Of a stretch of 64,000 nt of DNA, positions 17,660 to 28,721 are shown in pieces. Within the stretch, counting starts at the first letter, position 1; each line of letters starts with the position of its first letter. The stretch comes from an uncultured virus (IMG/VR IMGVR_UViG_3300021599_002354) (lineage: Duplodnaviria > Heunggongvirae > Uroviricota > Caudoviricetes): the IMG/VR virus record IMGVR_UViG_3300021599_002354; one strand, given 5' to 3'. Below the pieces are notes generated by a model. That model did no database searches and was not told the DNA's origin. It saw only the letters and a list, made by a program, of their open reading frames with translations. The translations under genes and the position numbers were made by a program.

Positions 17660-19320
17660 TTTTCTAATATAAAATTACCAATAACTAATATATCCATCTC
17701 AGTATCAAAAAAAGTATCAATTGCATCTTTTGGTGTTAAAACCATCGTTTTATCTTTAACATTAAATGATGTGTTTAATAAAATTGGATATCCGCTAATT
17801 TTCTCAAATTCTAACAAAAGATTATGTATAACCGTATGATTTTGAACTGTTTGTACTCGTGCTGTTCCATCAACGTGTGTGACTGCTTTTAATATGTTTT
17901 TAAATTCTTCTTTTACTTTAACCACTTGATTCATGTATGGAACGTCATCTTTCATTTCAAAATATTTGTGTTGTTGATCTTTGATAACCATCGGGGCAAA
18001 TGGTCTGAATCCTTCTCTTTTCTTAATGACTCTATTGATTCTATCTTTCATACCATCTAAGGTAGGATTTGCAAGAATGGATCTATTTCCAAGTGCTCTT
18101 GCCCCAAATTCTATATGTCCTTGAAACCAACCAACTACCTTACCATCATTTAATGGTTGAACAATATGTTTTATAATTTCTTCAACACTCTTAAACTTTT
18201 TGTGTTTGTACGATTTTATCGCGTTAAAAATCTCATCTTCATTATAACTTGGTCCTAAAAATGGATTTTTAGATACTTTATCACAAAAACTTTTATTTTT
18301 AACTAAGTAATGAATTACTGCACCTATTGCCGATCCCGCATCTGATGGTGCTGCGGGTATCCATAACTTATTAAAATGTGATTCGTTTATAATTTTTCCA
18401 TTTGCGGTACCGTTATATGCGCAACCACCACCCAACGATAAGTTAGTATTTTCAGTTATAATTTTTACTGTTTTTAAAATATTGAATAGAACTTCTTCGT
18501 ACACTCTTTGTACTGCCGCCGCAAGATTTTGATGAACTTCGGTCAATGGTTCCTTTGTAATTCTGGGTGGAATACCTAATAACAATTCTAACTTCTCATT
18601 AAACATTATAAAATTAGATCTATCCCAACAAAATACATCCATATTACATTTCAATGATCCGTTTTTATATTCAATTAATTTTCTTACTTTGTCTAAGTAT
18701 ACATTAGGATTCCCATAAGAAGCAAGACCCATCATTTTATATTCACCTTCGTTTGGTCTAAAACCTAAATAAGTTGTCATTGCAGTATAGTATAAACCTA
18801 AAGAGTGTGGGTAGGTTGCTAAGGTATTGTATTTTATTCCTTTATAATTTCCAATTCCGAATGATAATGTATCAATTTCTCCAACACCATCTATAGATAA
18901 ACAAACAGATTCATGAAAAGGAGATGTGTAAAAAGAATAGTATAGATGTGCTTCATGGTGTGTTGAATAAAATATGTTTTTTGATATTTTACTTAACTTT
19001 TCGTGAACCTGACTTTTAATCCCGTTTATTTTAAATAATGATTTTAAAGAATATATAGGACTCTTAATGATATTTTTCTTTACGTTATCAATAACTCTTT
19101 TATGTTTTAACTTTGGGTTCTCGTAATAACAAACAGCCTGAATATTTTTTGAATTTAATCTATACTTTTTATAGATATAATTTAACGCATTATCGGGGAA
19201 CCTACTATCATGTTTAACACCTGTGAATTTTTCTTCTTCGCAAGCGAATATTAATTTATTGTCTCTAAATAAACAAACAGACGAATCATGATAAAAAGCA
19301 GAAATTCCTATTATGTACAT
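17656..19320 (-). CDS. O-carbamoyltransferase (NodU/CmcH family)
   Basis: HDSS, EEEKF, HHEAH, DGVGE, EYKMMGLA, EFGARALGNRS, RPFAP, LLNTSFN. Confidence 0.92.
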   Translation of the reverse strand: MYIIGISAFYHDSSVCLFRDNKLIFACEEEKFTGVKHDSRFPDNALNYIYKKYRLNSKNIQAVCYYENPKLKHKRVIDNVKKNIIKSPIYSLKSLFKINGIKSQVHEKLSKISKNIFYSTHHEAHLYYSFYTSPFHESVCLSIDGVGEIDTLSFGIGNYKGIKYNTLATYPHSLGLYYTAMTTYLGFRPNEGEYKMMGLASYGNPNVYLDKVRKLIEYKNGSLKCNMDVFCWDRSNFIMFNEKLELLLGIPPRITKEPLTEVHQNLAAAVQRVYEEVLFNILKTVKIITENTNLSLGGGCAYNGTANGKIINESHFNKLWIPAAPSDAGSAIGAVIHYLVKNKSFCDKVSKNPFLGPSYNEDEIFNAIKSYKHKKFKSVEEIIKHIVQPLNDGKVVGWFQGHIEFGARALGNRSILANPTLDGMKDRINRVIKKREGFRPFAPMVIKDQQHKYFEMKDDVPYMNQVVKVKEEFKNILKAVTHVDGTARVQTVQNHTVIHNLLLEFEKISGYPILLNTSFNVKDKTMVLTPKDAIDTFFDTEMDILVIGNFILEK

Positions 19321-19323
19321 TAT

Positions 19324-20058
19324 TTAACTTTTATATAAAACTTTTTTTAATTGTTCAGGACCTATATGTCTTATTGGATTATGAACACCTAATGGATTAG
19401 GAGAAAAGACATCTTCCATACTAAATTTCATAGCAGTTTCAATATCCGCCACTCCAACTCCTTTCATGTGTTTCATAAAATAAATATCTTCTAAAATTTC
19501 TTCATTTACCGGATTATTTTCACATATTTCTATCATTTTTTTTACTGATCTTAATGATAGTCCACCATTACCAACCCATTGATTTTCTTTTGGTTTTCTC
19601 CATGGTGCCCCCACATAATCATACCCCAAAAAATCGTCAATTCCACTTCTTAATAATAAAGAATCTGTTTGGAAGATTAAAGCCTTGGTTCCTTTAACTT
19701 GTTTCCAAAACTTGACACTTTCCATATATCTACTATGTTCTTCATGAGTTAAGTTATCTATACCCATATTAGTAAGAACAACATTACTTATAATTGATTT
19801 TATATTTTCAACCATTAGTTTATTTTGATTACCGTGAAATATCTGTAATCCCCACTTAATAGGTGAGTCTGTTTCATTTAGGTGATATAACGTAGATTTA
19901 ATAACAGTTAACAGGTCAGGATGTGATCTTGGTTCAATAATTACAGCATAATAATCCGTTTCTTTTGGAATTGATGGTGTGTATTTAGTGTATTTTACAT
20001 GTTCCTGAATAAGAAATTCATCCCAAATTTTTTTCGATTCCTCATTTAATTTTTTCAT
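19324..20058 (-). CDS. DUF5672-like (GT-A-like) protein
   Basis: LIFQTDS, YDYVGAPW, VGNGGLSLR, EDIYF. Confidence 0.75.
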   Translation of the reverse strand: MKKLNEESKKIWDEFLIQEHVKYTKYTPSIPKETDYYAVIIEPRSHPDLLTVIKSTLYHLNETDSPIKWGLQIFHGNQNKLMVENIKSIISNVVLTNMGIDNLTHEEHSRYMESVKFWKQVKGTKALIFQTDSLLLRSGIDDFLGYDYVGAPWRKPKENQWVGNGGLSLRSVKKMIEICENNPVNEEILEDIYFMKHMKGVGVADIETAMKFSMEDVFSPNPLGVHNPIRHIGPEQLKKVLYKS

Positions 20059-20656
20059 ATATGTATTCACCTATTATTTTATAACCCAATAAATTTGGGT
20101 GGTAATCACCCTCATAAAATTTTTCATTATCATTCCAAACACTTCTACTATTATATTCCCAAACCGATATATCATTTTTTAATTCATAATCTTTTAATAA
20201 ATCTGAAACACATCCATTAGGATTTATAAAATACTCAGGTAGTTTAGTAAGATCATAATCTTCGTGCTTAAAGGTTGGGAAAAAAGAATTAAAATAAAAA
20301 TGATTATAATTCTTCAAGAGATCCTCCATCATTTCATATATTTCTATTATGGTGTATACATTTTTATCTTTGTATCTATATGGATATGAAAACATAATAA
20401 TTATAATATCATCATTTTTAAAATACCCATTATCTACACACAACTTTAGATCTTTTAAAATGTATTCGTTACCATACCCACACACACCAAGATTTACATA
20501 TGGACAATTTAATTTTTCCGCAGTCCATCTTGGCCATGAATTCATATCTCTTAATTTTTGGTAAAACATGGGAGGGAATGGTTCTTCTTTATAGATTATT
20601 TCATCTTCTATACCATGACCCGCAGTCCAACTATCACCAAAACATATTAACCTCAT
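20042..20656 (-). CDS. SGNH/GDSL-like protein
   Basis: FGDSWTAG, G.GN, DYHPN..G. Confidence 0.7.
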   Translation of the reverse strand: MRLICFGDSWTAGHGIEDEIIYKEEPFPPMFYQKLRDMNSWPRWTAEKLNCPYVNLGVCGYGNEYILKDLKLCVDNGYFKNDDIIIIMFSYPYRYKDKNVYTIIEIYEMMEDLLKNYNHFYFNSFFPTFKHEDYDLTKLPEYFINPNGCVSDLLKDYELKNDISVWEYNSRSVWNDNEKFYEGDYHPNLLGYKIIGEYIYEKIK

Positions 20657-21441
20657 GGTTGTTTTATTTTCTCTATTTTTGTCTTATCAATTATGTGATT
20701 ATAAAAAACATTTGCTTGTACTTTGTGTCCATATTCACCCATATGTCCATCTTCTACAAGACCCCCTGTTTCATCAATAATTTTACCCATTTGTACTCCG
20801 CCATAATTTTTGGGATGTGTCAAATACCACATCATACTATGTTTATCAACAAACATTTTTGAATTTACAAATTCCTCATCTCTCACTACAATAAATGAAT
20901 CGTTATGTTGGACCTCTTTGTCTTCAATTGTGAAAATCGTATCGTCGCTTGTCCAATGATAAACTTCCGCACCAACATTTTTTACATATACGTTTATCAT
21001 TTTAATCCACTTTAATACTTCATTAGACCATAATTTATGTGTTCTATTTACTAATATTTCATTAATCGTATTTTGTGAAAATTGTAGATCAGGATATGAG
21101 GCTCCTATTGGTAAAACATCATTAAAAATATTTTGAGTAAAATTCGCAGCTAAAAATCTTGTCTTTTGTGTCCAACCAAAAATTAATACATCATCTTTTT
21201 TTATTTTTTCACACACATCGGAGAATTGCATAAGAATTCTGTAATTGGAACTACCACCTATTGCACAATTAATTAAATTGTATTTGATTTTATTTGATAA
21301 AATTACCGGCCAAATATCGGGTAACATTCCTCCTCTGAAATCTCGATATCTATCAAAATTATTTTTATATGGGGGGAATTGATTGTCTATTGTGTCATAT
21401 TCCGCAGTAAAACTACATCCAAATGTCCATAAATTATTCAT
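20653..21441 (-). CDS. SGNH/GDSL-like protein
   Basis: LWTFGCSFT, GGSSN, DGHMGEYGH. Confidence 0.7.
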   Translation of the reverse strand: MNNLWTFGCSFTAEYDTIDNQFPPYKNNFDRYRDFRGGMLPDIWPVILSNKIKYNLINCAIGGSSNYRILMQFSDVCEKIKKDDVLIFGWTQKTRFLAANFTQNIFNDVLPIGASYPDLQFSQNTINEILVNRTHKLWSNEVLKWIKMINVYVKNVGAEVYHWTSDDTIFTIEDKEVQHNDSFIVVRDEEFVNSKMFVDKHSMMWYLTHPKNYGGVQMGKIIDETGGLVEDGHMGEYGHKVQANVFYNHIIDKTKIEKIKQP

Positions 21442-21444
21442 ATG

Positions 21445-22164
21445 TTATTTATTTTCCAATTCTTTATAAAATATTTCGGCTTGCATTTCATGACCTAAAA
21501 TCCCAAAATGAGTATCACCAATTAAGTTATTCGTTTCATCAGATATAGTTAAACATCCAAGTTCTCTTAAATGTATAATCAAAGGTTTTTTACTTTCTTT
21601 ACATAAATAATTTTTCTTTGATTTACAATCTTCGGATTCAGCATAAATCAACCTCGGTTCTTCTGTTGACCAAAAATATATTTTAAAATTTTTATTTTTT
21701 GATAAGACGTGCATTGCGGTTTCCCAACCGTAAACTTCCCATGCCCATCTATCTATTTTCCCACCAACTTCTCTTACTAAAAATTGTGATCTGTTTTCTA
21801 AAACACTATCTATTGTGGTTTTAGAAATCATTCCATGTGAATTTTGATTACTTGGGTGAATGTTTATAAATTTGTTATTATGTGAAATTCTAAATTTTTC
21901 AATTAATCCCCATCCAATTATCACAATATCATTTTCTTTAATTAAATGACATTGATCACAAAAGTCTTGAAATATTTGATAGTTTGAATTTCCTCCCATA
22001 GCATGATTTACCAGTTGGTAATTTAATTTTTCTGATAAAATTTCGGGCCAATGCATCATACTATCTTTCTGAAAGAGTTTTAAATATTCTGTTACATTTT
22101 CATGAGCGTTTTTCAAATTAAAGTTTGACGAAAAACTATCTCCAAAGATCCATAATTTATTCAT
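21445..22164 (-). CDS. SGNH/GDSL-like protein
   Basis: LWIFGDSFS, GGNSN, DTHFGILGH. Confidence 0.7.
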   Translation of the reverse strand: MNKLWIFGDSFSSNFNLKNAHENVTEYLKLFQKDSMMHWPEILSEKLNYQLVNHAMGGNSNYQIFQDFCDQCHLIKENDIVIIGWGLIEKFRISHNNKFINIHPSNQNSHGMISKTTIDSVLENRSQFLVREVGGKIDRWAWEVYGWETAMHVLSKNKNFKIYFWSTEEPRLIYAESEDCKSKKNYLCKESKKPLIIHLRELGCLTISDETNNLIGDTHFGILGHEMQAEIFYKELENK

Positions 22165-22885
22165 GATTAATATTTCTATATCTTATTATTTCGTTGTAAA
22201 AAATATCCGCCATAATCTCATGTCCTTTTTTACCGTAATGCTGGTCATCATTAATTACGTTTTGAGTCTCCCTCATTAAAGTTTTTGCTCCCTTCTTTTC
22301 TATCAAATATCTTGTCAAATCCTGATTTGATTCTGGTACAAGATATTTTCTTTTTGATTTAAATTCGGAATTTTCTGAATTTATGATGAGATTATCGGCA
22401 GACCAAAAATAAATTTCACAACCGTAAGATTTACATATTTCCTCAATTAAATTTTGAAATGAATATAATTCTTCTAAGTAAGGTCTTTCATTTCTATTAA
22501 CTTGTAATTCTCTCACACATTCAACGGGTAATGGCAGTCTACCTGGATCATCTTGGTTGAAAATTGGTAATATAGTTGGGAATGCACCATTTTGAAACGC
22601 CCTAATTCTGTGTATTCTTGTCCATTCGAAAATAACCACATCATTTTTTTCAAACTTTTCACATTCAATACAGAACCTGTCAAATATTTTATAACAGGAA
22701 GAACCCGAATAACCCTTATTCATAGGTTCTAAATTTAATTTTTTTGCAAGTAATTCAGGCCACGCTTCGGGGAAAGAGTTGCCCATCATTTCATAGTAAT
22801 CAATCATTGGGTTTCTTACATTTTGAAACTCCCCCCATAAAAATCCTTGAGTAAAACTGCATCCAAATGTCCAAAGTTTATTCAT
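22157..22885 (-). CDS. SGNH/GDSL-like protein
   Basis: LWTFGCSFT, DQHYGKKGH. Confidence 0.7.
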   Translation of the reverse strand: MNKLWTFGCSFTQGFLWGEFQNVRNPMIDYYEMMGNSFPEAWPELLAKKLNLEPMNKGYSGSSCYKIFDRFCIECEKFEKNDVVIFEWTRIHRIRAFQNGAFPTILPIFNQDDPGRLPLPVECVRELQVNRNERPYLEELYSFQNLIEEICKSYGCEIYFWSADNLIINSENSEFKSKRKYLVPESNQDLTRYLIEKKGAKTLMRETQNVINDDQHYGKKGHEIMADIFYNEIIRYRNINHE

Positions 22886-23444
22886 TTATTAACTTTTTTA
22901 TTTTTTTATAAATCATATTATTTCCTTTATCATTCATATGGTTTATAAGTCCTTTATTCTTTAAAAATATTTCTTCAAAACACATCACTTCTTTACTTAC
23001 GAATGAATCAAAAAAACTTATGTTTATTGAATTTGGGATTTCTTTAATTATTTTATCCATTATTAAATTGTATGTAAAAATAAAATACTCAAAATGAAAT
23101 AAATTCTCATAAAAATCAATCCCTATTTTTGCCAATTTATTATTTTTATGTTCCTTTAGATCACTATAAATCAAATCACAATTTTTATGTAGACTATCTT
23201 TTGAATGTATTGGGTGTTCATAAACGGGTATTCTATATGCACTGGTATGTGATATTATAACCTTATCATAACTTTCGATATCATTTCTTTGTAACTGTTG
23301 GTATATTTTAAATTCAGAAACTCCGGCCTCAGCTACGTTAGTTACTAAAAAATCATTTTCTAACATATTAACCCAACCTATCCCATCATATTTTTTTGTC
23401 CAATCTGCGGCAAAACTATCTCCGGATATTAATATTTTTTTCAT
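22878..23444 (-). CDS. SGNH/GDSL-like protein
   Basis: ISGDSFA, AGVSE, INHM..KGN. Confidence 0.65.
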   Translation of the reverse strand: MKKILISGDSFAADWTKKYDGIGWVNMLENDFLVTNVAEAGVSEFKIYQQLQRNDIESYDKVIISHTSAYRIPVYEHPIHSKDSLHKNCDLIYSDLKEHKNNKLAKIGIDFYENLFHFEYFIFTYNLIMDKIIKEIPNSINISFFDSFVSKEVMCFEEIFLKNKGLINHMNDKGNNMIYKKIKKLINE

Positions 23445-24730
23445 AATAAACTTTCAAAAAATAGGTAATCTTTATCAACTATGTTTAATAAACTTTCAAC
23501 CTTTTTCTTATTTTCTTCAAATCTGTTTTTGTTTTCTTTATAAAAATTAATATACTGTTCTTTTTTTCCATTTATTTTTATAATTTCAGTAACAAAAGCC
23601 GATAATCTTTTTTTGTCATCAATAATATTGTCGTATTCATGATTTATAATATCATCAAAAAAATCTAAACCATATTCTTCTCTCATTTTTTTAATATGAT
23701 GGGGTGACGATAAGATCAATGGAAATTGGTAATAATAAAAAGGTTTAAACGACTTTTCTGAGATGTGTATGTTATCAAATAAATTTTCAAACATAGATTC
23801 TGTTGTGATGTTAAAATAAGATTGCCTATACGATTCTAATGATTCAGGTACATGTATCCATAATGGTAATTTTTCCCTATTGATTTGATCAAATTTTCTA
23901 AAATAATCTTCATCAACTTCAAAATCACTTTTTTTAATTTCTATTTTTTCTAATTCTTCGATCTCTTCTCTCAAAATATTAATTTCAACTGAATCAAAAA
24001 GTGTTGATAGGTATGATTTACCGAAATTACAATTCCACGTTGGTACCAATGACCAATTAAACTGATCTAATATTTTATTTTTCATTAGCAACAATAAAAG
24101 ACCGTATCTGTGTTTTTTTGGTGATTTGTTAAAACACATAAAAAATTTACCCACTTTGTTTTCTAAAAAATCAACACCACCTATTCTTGTCAAAACTTTT
24201 ATTGAAGAATGTGGAATGAAATTTAATTTATAAACATTTATTTTTGTTTCAAATTTATCTCTCCAATAAATTAACTTAGAGTTATTATTAACCAAATAAA
24301 ACTTATTTGCAGGTAAATCGTGTTGATTAATGTAATTTATTAAACATTCATATCCATAAACATCATCTGGTTCATGTTCCGATAAGAACATTATGAAAAA
24401 ATTGTCGTTGTTTGAAACTAAATTTTTTATTTCATCAGACAAAAAATCTAAAGGTTTTTGTTTCTCAACAGTATTATTATAAAAAAATAAATCAGATAAA
24501 GTACAAGAATAACTTATTATATAATAAAATTTTTCATTTGTGTTGATATCGGATATTTTACATCTTCTTATTTTAAACCTATTAGATTTTAAATTTGTAT
24601 CATCATAATAGTGTAAAATAAGATTATGAGGGTCTTTGATACCATGTGTGTCTAAAGACGTTTTTTTAATATTCGGAATTGGGTTTTCATTTTCCCATTG
24701 ATCGTAAACTATATTAAAATTTCTTTCCAT
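23441..24730 (-). CDS. 'SEK(T/S)'-family putative glycosyltransferase-like protein
   Basis: FMCFNK.PK.HR, FNITTES, ISEKSFKPF...PLI; likely start MERNF at 24730. Confidence 0.55.
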   Translation of the reverse strand: MERNFNIVYDQWENENPIPNIKKTSLDTHGIKDPHNLILHYYDDTNLKSNRFKIRRCKISDINTNEKFYYIISYSCTLSDLFFYNNTVEKQKPLDFLSDEIKNLVSNNDNFFIMFLSEHEPDDVYGYECLINYINQHDLPANKFYLVNNNSKLIYWRDKFETKINVYKLNFIPHSSIKVLTRIGGVDFLENKVGKFFMCFNKSPKKHRYGLLLLLMKNKILDQFNWSLVPTWNCNFGKSYLSTLFDSVEINILREEIEELEKIEIKKSDFEVDEDYFRKFDQINREKLPLWIHVPESLESYRQSYFNITTESMFENLFDNIHISEKSFKPFYYYQFPLILSSPHHIKKMREEYGLDFFDDIINHEYDNIIDDKKRLSAFVTEIIKINGKKEQYINFYKENKNRFEENKKKVESLLNIVDKDYLFFESLL

Positions 24731-25868
24731 AATATATTGTATCATTATTAATTCGTTCTCTCCAAGGGTCCAATACGATACTGCCATTAGGAAAAACTGT
24801 ATTATTATATTTAAATCGATGACCTAAAAGATACACACCAACTAAAGATGTGTTATCAAAAATTACGGATTTATTGTTTAATTCTTTTATCATATTAGAA
24901 ATTAAAATAGAATATGACCCATCATATATTTCCACATCAGGTTTGTAACTTTTACCCATAATTATAATTGGTAATTGATGTTTATCCGATAACGATATTA
25001 ATTTTTGTGCAATGTTTTTCGCCTGCATTTCTCTCGCATTCATTATTGTACCAAACAAATCATAACCTAATCTTAAGTTTTTAGACAAATATCTCAATGC
25101 AATATTATCCCTTGGATGACAAGATCCTCCATCTCCCATACCTGCCTTCATATACATAGAACTGACAATTCTTTTTTCACTTTTTGCCAATGCCTCTGTG
25201 ACCAAATCTGTATTAATATTTCCCATTTTTTCCGCAACATCTTGTATCATATTAACCAAAGATATTTTTGTAGAAATAAATGTATTGTAAAATATTTTTA
25301 TACATTCAGCATCCTCGTAAGTTCCAATCTCATATCTCAAATCAGTTTCTTTTATTGAATCATATAAATTCTTCAATTTATCGGTGAATTCATTTTCTTT
25401 CCCATCATTAGTTCCGATAATCACCATTTCAGGATTTTTTACGTCGTACTCCACCGTACCCATGGCAATCAAATATGGATTATAAATTAAATTATAATTT
25501 TGAATCCAAGACCTAAATTCTTTTCTTATTGTACCAGGCAAAACTGTAGAAATTAAAACTACAACTTGGTCTTCATATAAGTAATTGGTTAATTCTAATA
25601 ATATCTCATCTATTATAGAATAACTAAAATCTTTAGGTTCTAAATTTGATGTCGGTTTACTACCATCATAATCAGAATGATGTGGTGTTGGTACCGCAAT
25701 GAAGATTATTTCACGATTTCTACAAACATTTTGAATTGAATCGGTTACTTGAAAATTTGTACCCTCAACATTTTTTATATCATATCCAATAACATCATGA
25801 CCCGCTTGTGACATGACATTCGCAACATCTTTTCCCAATTTACCTAAACCTATAAAACCTATATTCAT
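24714..25868 (-). CDS. ugd: UDP-glucose/GDP-mannose 6-dehydrogenase family
   Basis: IGLGKLG, IAVPTP, STVLPGT, AECIKIFYN, GGSCHPRD. Confidence 0.85.
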   Translation of the reverse strand: MNIGFIGLGKLGKDVANVMSQAGHDVIGYDIKNVEGTNFQVTDSIQNVCRNREIIFIAVPTPHHSDYDGSKPTSNLEPKDFSYSIIDEILLELTNYLYEDQVVVLISTVLPGTIRKEFRSWIQNYNLIYNPYLIAMGTVEYDVKNPEMVIIGTNDGKENEFTDKLKNLYDSIKETDLRYEIGTYEDAECIKIFYNTFISTKISLVNMIQDVAEKMGNINTDLVTEALAKSEKRIVSSMYMKAGMGDGGSCHPRDNIALRYLSKNLRLGYDLFGTIMNAREMQAKNIAQKLISLSDKHQLPIIIMGKSYKPDVEIYDGSYSILISNMIKELNNKSVIFDNTSLVGVYLLGHRFKYNNTVFPNGSIVLDPWRERINNDTIYYGKKF

Positions 25869-27133
25869 TTGTTTATAGTTTCCCATATTTCATTTAAAAT
25901 TTTGCACAAATCATTATTTACATCAGTTGTTCCGTATTTTTCTTGATACAATTTTTTATAGTGATTTTGATTGTGAACACAAACATCATTCATTTCATTC
26001 CTTATAATCTTCAAATCTTCTAATGATTTTTCGCTTAACTTTTTTATTTCATTCACGATCATTTTTGATCTGACTTTGTAATCTAATTCATCATCATGTT
26101 TCTCATCTATCCATCTATCAAATGTTTGATATCCTAAATTTTTTAAATATTTTAATGAGTCTTTATTACCGTATAAAATGAATGGGTGACCTACCATAAT
26201 TGGTTTCCATATTTTTTCAGAAAAAAATAATGTATCCTCATCAATTAGTGATTCGGTTACTAATGAAATAAACGTTCTTTGGTAATCTTCCTTTGTAATA
26301 TTACATGCCAAATTATAATATAAATCGTATCTATCATCAAAAGAGAACGGTGCATTACTTTTCAAATATTCATATAGTTCCGTATCATATTCTTCAGGTG
26401 GTTCATGTATAAATTTGTTTAAACTAATAAGACCTTTATCAAATAAATTATCTTTGAGAAGATCAATTAACAGTACTATTCTTTGTTTTCTCGGATTTCT
26501 ATTATATGATAAAAACAAAAACTTTTCGTCCGTTGGGACAAAGTTTACGGGATTAGAATCATCATACTTGTTCCACGTTTCAAAACAATGAATAGGTCTT
26601 GTTTGAAATTTCAAACCCTTTTTCTTAATAATCTCATCAATTATTAAATTACCGCAAACATAGTATATTGAATCTTCAGGTAAACTTAGTTCATTTCGCC
26701 ATTTTTCTATGATTTCTAAATCGTAATTACCAACCGATCCTGAATACCCCTCATATAAAAAAAGTAAGACAATTTTAGATTTTCCAGATCTGACATCATT
26801 TATATAGTTTTCCGAAACGCATTTAAATCCGATATCAAAATTGTCAACAAAAAAACTATAAGAATATACATTTATAATGTATATATGAGGTCCATTTATT
26901 TCTCGTATCGATGTATAGGACAGATTGTTACAATGGTTTGGTGTGATAATACCCCTAAACATTTGATTATCAAACATTTGTCCATCTTCACTGTAAATGT
27001 TCCAATCTCCCCACATTAATGGTCTGCTAAGTCTGTTAAGTTCTTTTATGTACCAAGTTTTAGAAGATCCGTTTGGTCTAAAATAGTCTATGAGACTATC
27101 CCAATCTTCTAAACTGCAAACAATTTTATCCAT
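25865..27133 (-). CDS. 'SEK(T/S)'-family putative glycosyltransferase-like protein
   Basis: FLSYNRNPR..R, SLVTES, FSEKIWKPI..GHPF. Confidence 0.55.
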   Translation of the reverse strand: MDKIVCSLEDWDSLIDYFRPNGSSKTWYIKELNRLSRPLMWGDWNIYSEDGQMFDNQMFRGIITPNHCNNLSYTSIREINGPHIYIINVYSYSFFVDNFDIGFKCVSENYINDVRSGKSKIVLLFLYEGYSGSVGNYDLEIIEKWRNELSLPEDSIYYVCGNLIIDEIIKKKGLKFQTRPIHCFETWNKYDDSNPVNFVPTDEKFLFLSYNRNPRKQRIVLLIDLLKDNLFDKGLISLNKFIHEPPEEYDTELYEYLKSNAPFSFDDRYDLYYNLACNITKEDYQRTFISLVTESLIDEDTLFFSEKIWKPIMVGHPFILYGNKDSLKYLKNLGYQTFDRWIDEKHDDELDYKVRSKMIVNEIKKLSEKSLEDLKIIRNEMNDVCVHNQNHYKKLYQEKYGTTDVNNDLCKILNEIWETINK

Positions 27134-27208
27134 ATGAAAAATATACCAAAAAAAATTTAAAAAACGAATAACTTGATTTATGTTATTTATTTGTTTATTT
27201 TTCTGATT

Positions 27209-28174
27209 ATGAAGATTTTAATAACAGGGGGAGCCGGTTATTTGGGGTCGGTTATTACCGGTATGATGTTAAGTAAAAATTATGAAGTTACTGTATTAGA
27301 TAAACTTCTTTTTAACCAAACATCTTTATTACAGTATACATCGAACCCAAATTTCCAATTTATATATGGTGATGTCCGTAATGAATCACTTTTAGAAAAA
27401 TTATGTAACGAATCGGATGTGATAATCCCTCTCGCGGCAATCGTCGGATTCCCCGCATGTGCTGCGGATCCACAATTAGCAAAAGAAATTAACCTTAAAC
27501 AAATTGTTAATATTGTAAGATTTGCAAAACATAAGAAAATATTATACCCCAATACAAATAGTGGATATGGTATAGTAGAAGGTCAAACTGAATGTACTGA
27601 AGAATCACCACTTACACCCATATCAGTCTATGGATCAACAAAATGCGATGCTGAGAATTTTTTAAGAAATACAACTGATGCAATAATTTTTAGATTGGCT
27701 ACAGTTTTTGGTGTTTCACCAAGAATGAGAACGGATTTATTAGTTAATGACTTTGTTTATAAAGCAATTACTGACAAATACATAGTCGTATTTGAAAGGT
27801 ATTTCAAAAGAAATTTTATTCATGTACAAGATGTTGCTTCGGCATTTCTTTTTATGTTAGAAAATTATGAAACATATAAAAGTGAAATTTTTAATGTTGG
27901 TTTAAGTTCTGCAAATCTTAATAAGCAAGAATTATTAGAAAAAATTCAAACTCACGTTCCTAATTTCGCGGTTTCATATAATGATTACTATGAAGATCCT
28001 GATAAAAGAGATTATATCGTTTCAAATGCAAAAATAGAAAATGTGGGTTGGAGACCTCAATGGGATTTAGATATGGGAATAAAACAATTAATTCAAGGAT
28101 ATCAAATGATTGTCCCCAAAATGGGTGCAGAATTTAGAAATGGTTTTCCTTTAGGTTACGCTCAAACATTTTAA
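27209..28174 (+). CDS. NAD-dependent nucleotide-sugar epimerase/dehydratase (extended SDR)
   Basis: ITGGAGYLG, YGSTK, RLATVFG. Confidence 0.88.
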   Translation: MKILITGGAGYLGSVITGMMLSKNYEVTVLDKLLFNQTSLLQYTSNPNFQFIYGDVRNESLLEKLCNESDVIIPLAAIVGFPACAADPQLAKEINLKQIVNIVRFAKHKKILYPNTNSGYGIVEGQTECTEESPLTPISVYGSTKCDAENFLRNTTDAIIFRLATVFGVSPRMRTDLLVNDFVYKAITDKYIVVFERYFKRNFIHVQDVASAFLFMLENYETYKSEIFNVGLSSANLNKQELLEKIQTHVPNFAVSYNDYYEDPDKRDYIVSNAKIENVGWRPQWDLDMGIKQLIQGYQMIVPKMGAEFRNGFPLGYAQTF

Positions 28175-28175
28175 A

Positions 28176-28721
28176 ATGAATAATAAATGGGATGAGTTCC
28201 AAATTACTCCATCAAAAAAATTTGGGTATGAGGTTCCGGTATTTCAACCATCAGTATTCAGAGAATATAGAGGTGAGATATGGACAACATTTCATTCAGA
28301 AGAACACCCTGTAATGAATCATATTCATTATGATAAAAGTGAAATATCAATACATGGCAGATTTTCACGTTCTTATAAAGGTGTATTGAGAGGATTGCAT
28401 TGGGATACAAAAACATGGAAATTGGTTCAGGCTGCGGTGGGTGATATCTACTTAGTTGTTTTAGATATGAGAGAATCTTCACCAACTTATGGAGATTGGG
28501 AATCATATATTATCACTGAGAGATTGAGGAATCAAGTACTGGTCCCACCAGGATTTGCAAATGGACATTACGCACTAACCGATTGTATGTTTCATTATAA
28601 TTTATTTTACAAAGATGGTTATGTGGATGCAAATGAGCAAGGTGTTGTTAAGTGGAACGATTCAGAATATCAAATGGAGTGGCCAACAGATAAACCAATA
28701 TTACAAAAAAGAGACAGATGA
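28176..28721 (+). CDS. dTDP-4-dehydrorhamnose 3,5-epimerase family (RmlC-like cupin)
   Basis: RGEIW, GVLRGLH, VPPGFANGH, W.D...EWP. Confidence 0.85.
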   Translation: MNNKWDEFQITPSKKFGYEVPVFQPSVFREYRGEIWTTFHSEEHPVMNHIHYDKSEISIHGRFSRSYKGVLRGLHWDTKTWKLVQAAVGDIYLVVLDMRESSPTYGDWESYIITERLRNQVLVPPGFANGHYALTDCMFHYNLFYKDGYVDANEQGVVKWNDSEYQMEWPTDKPILQKRDR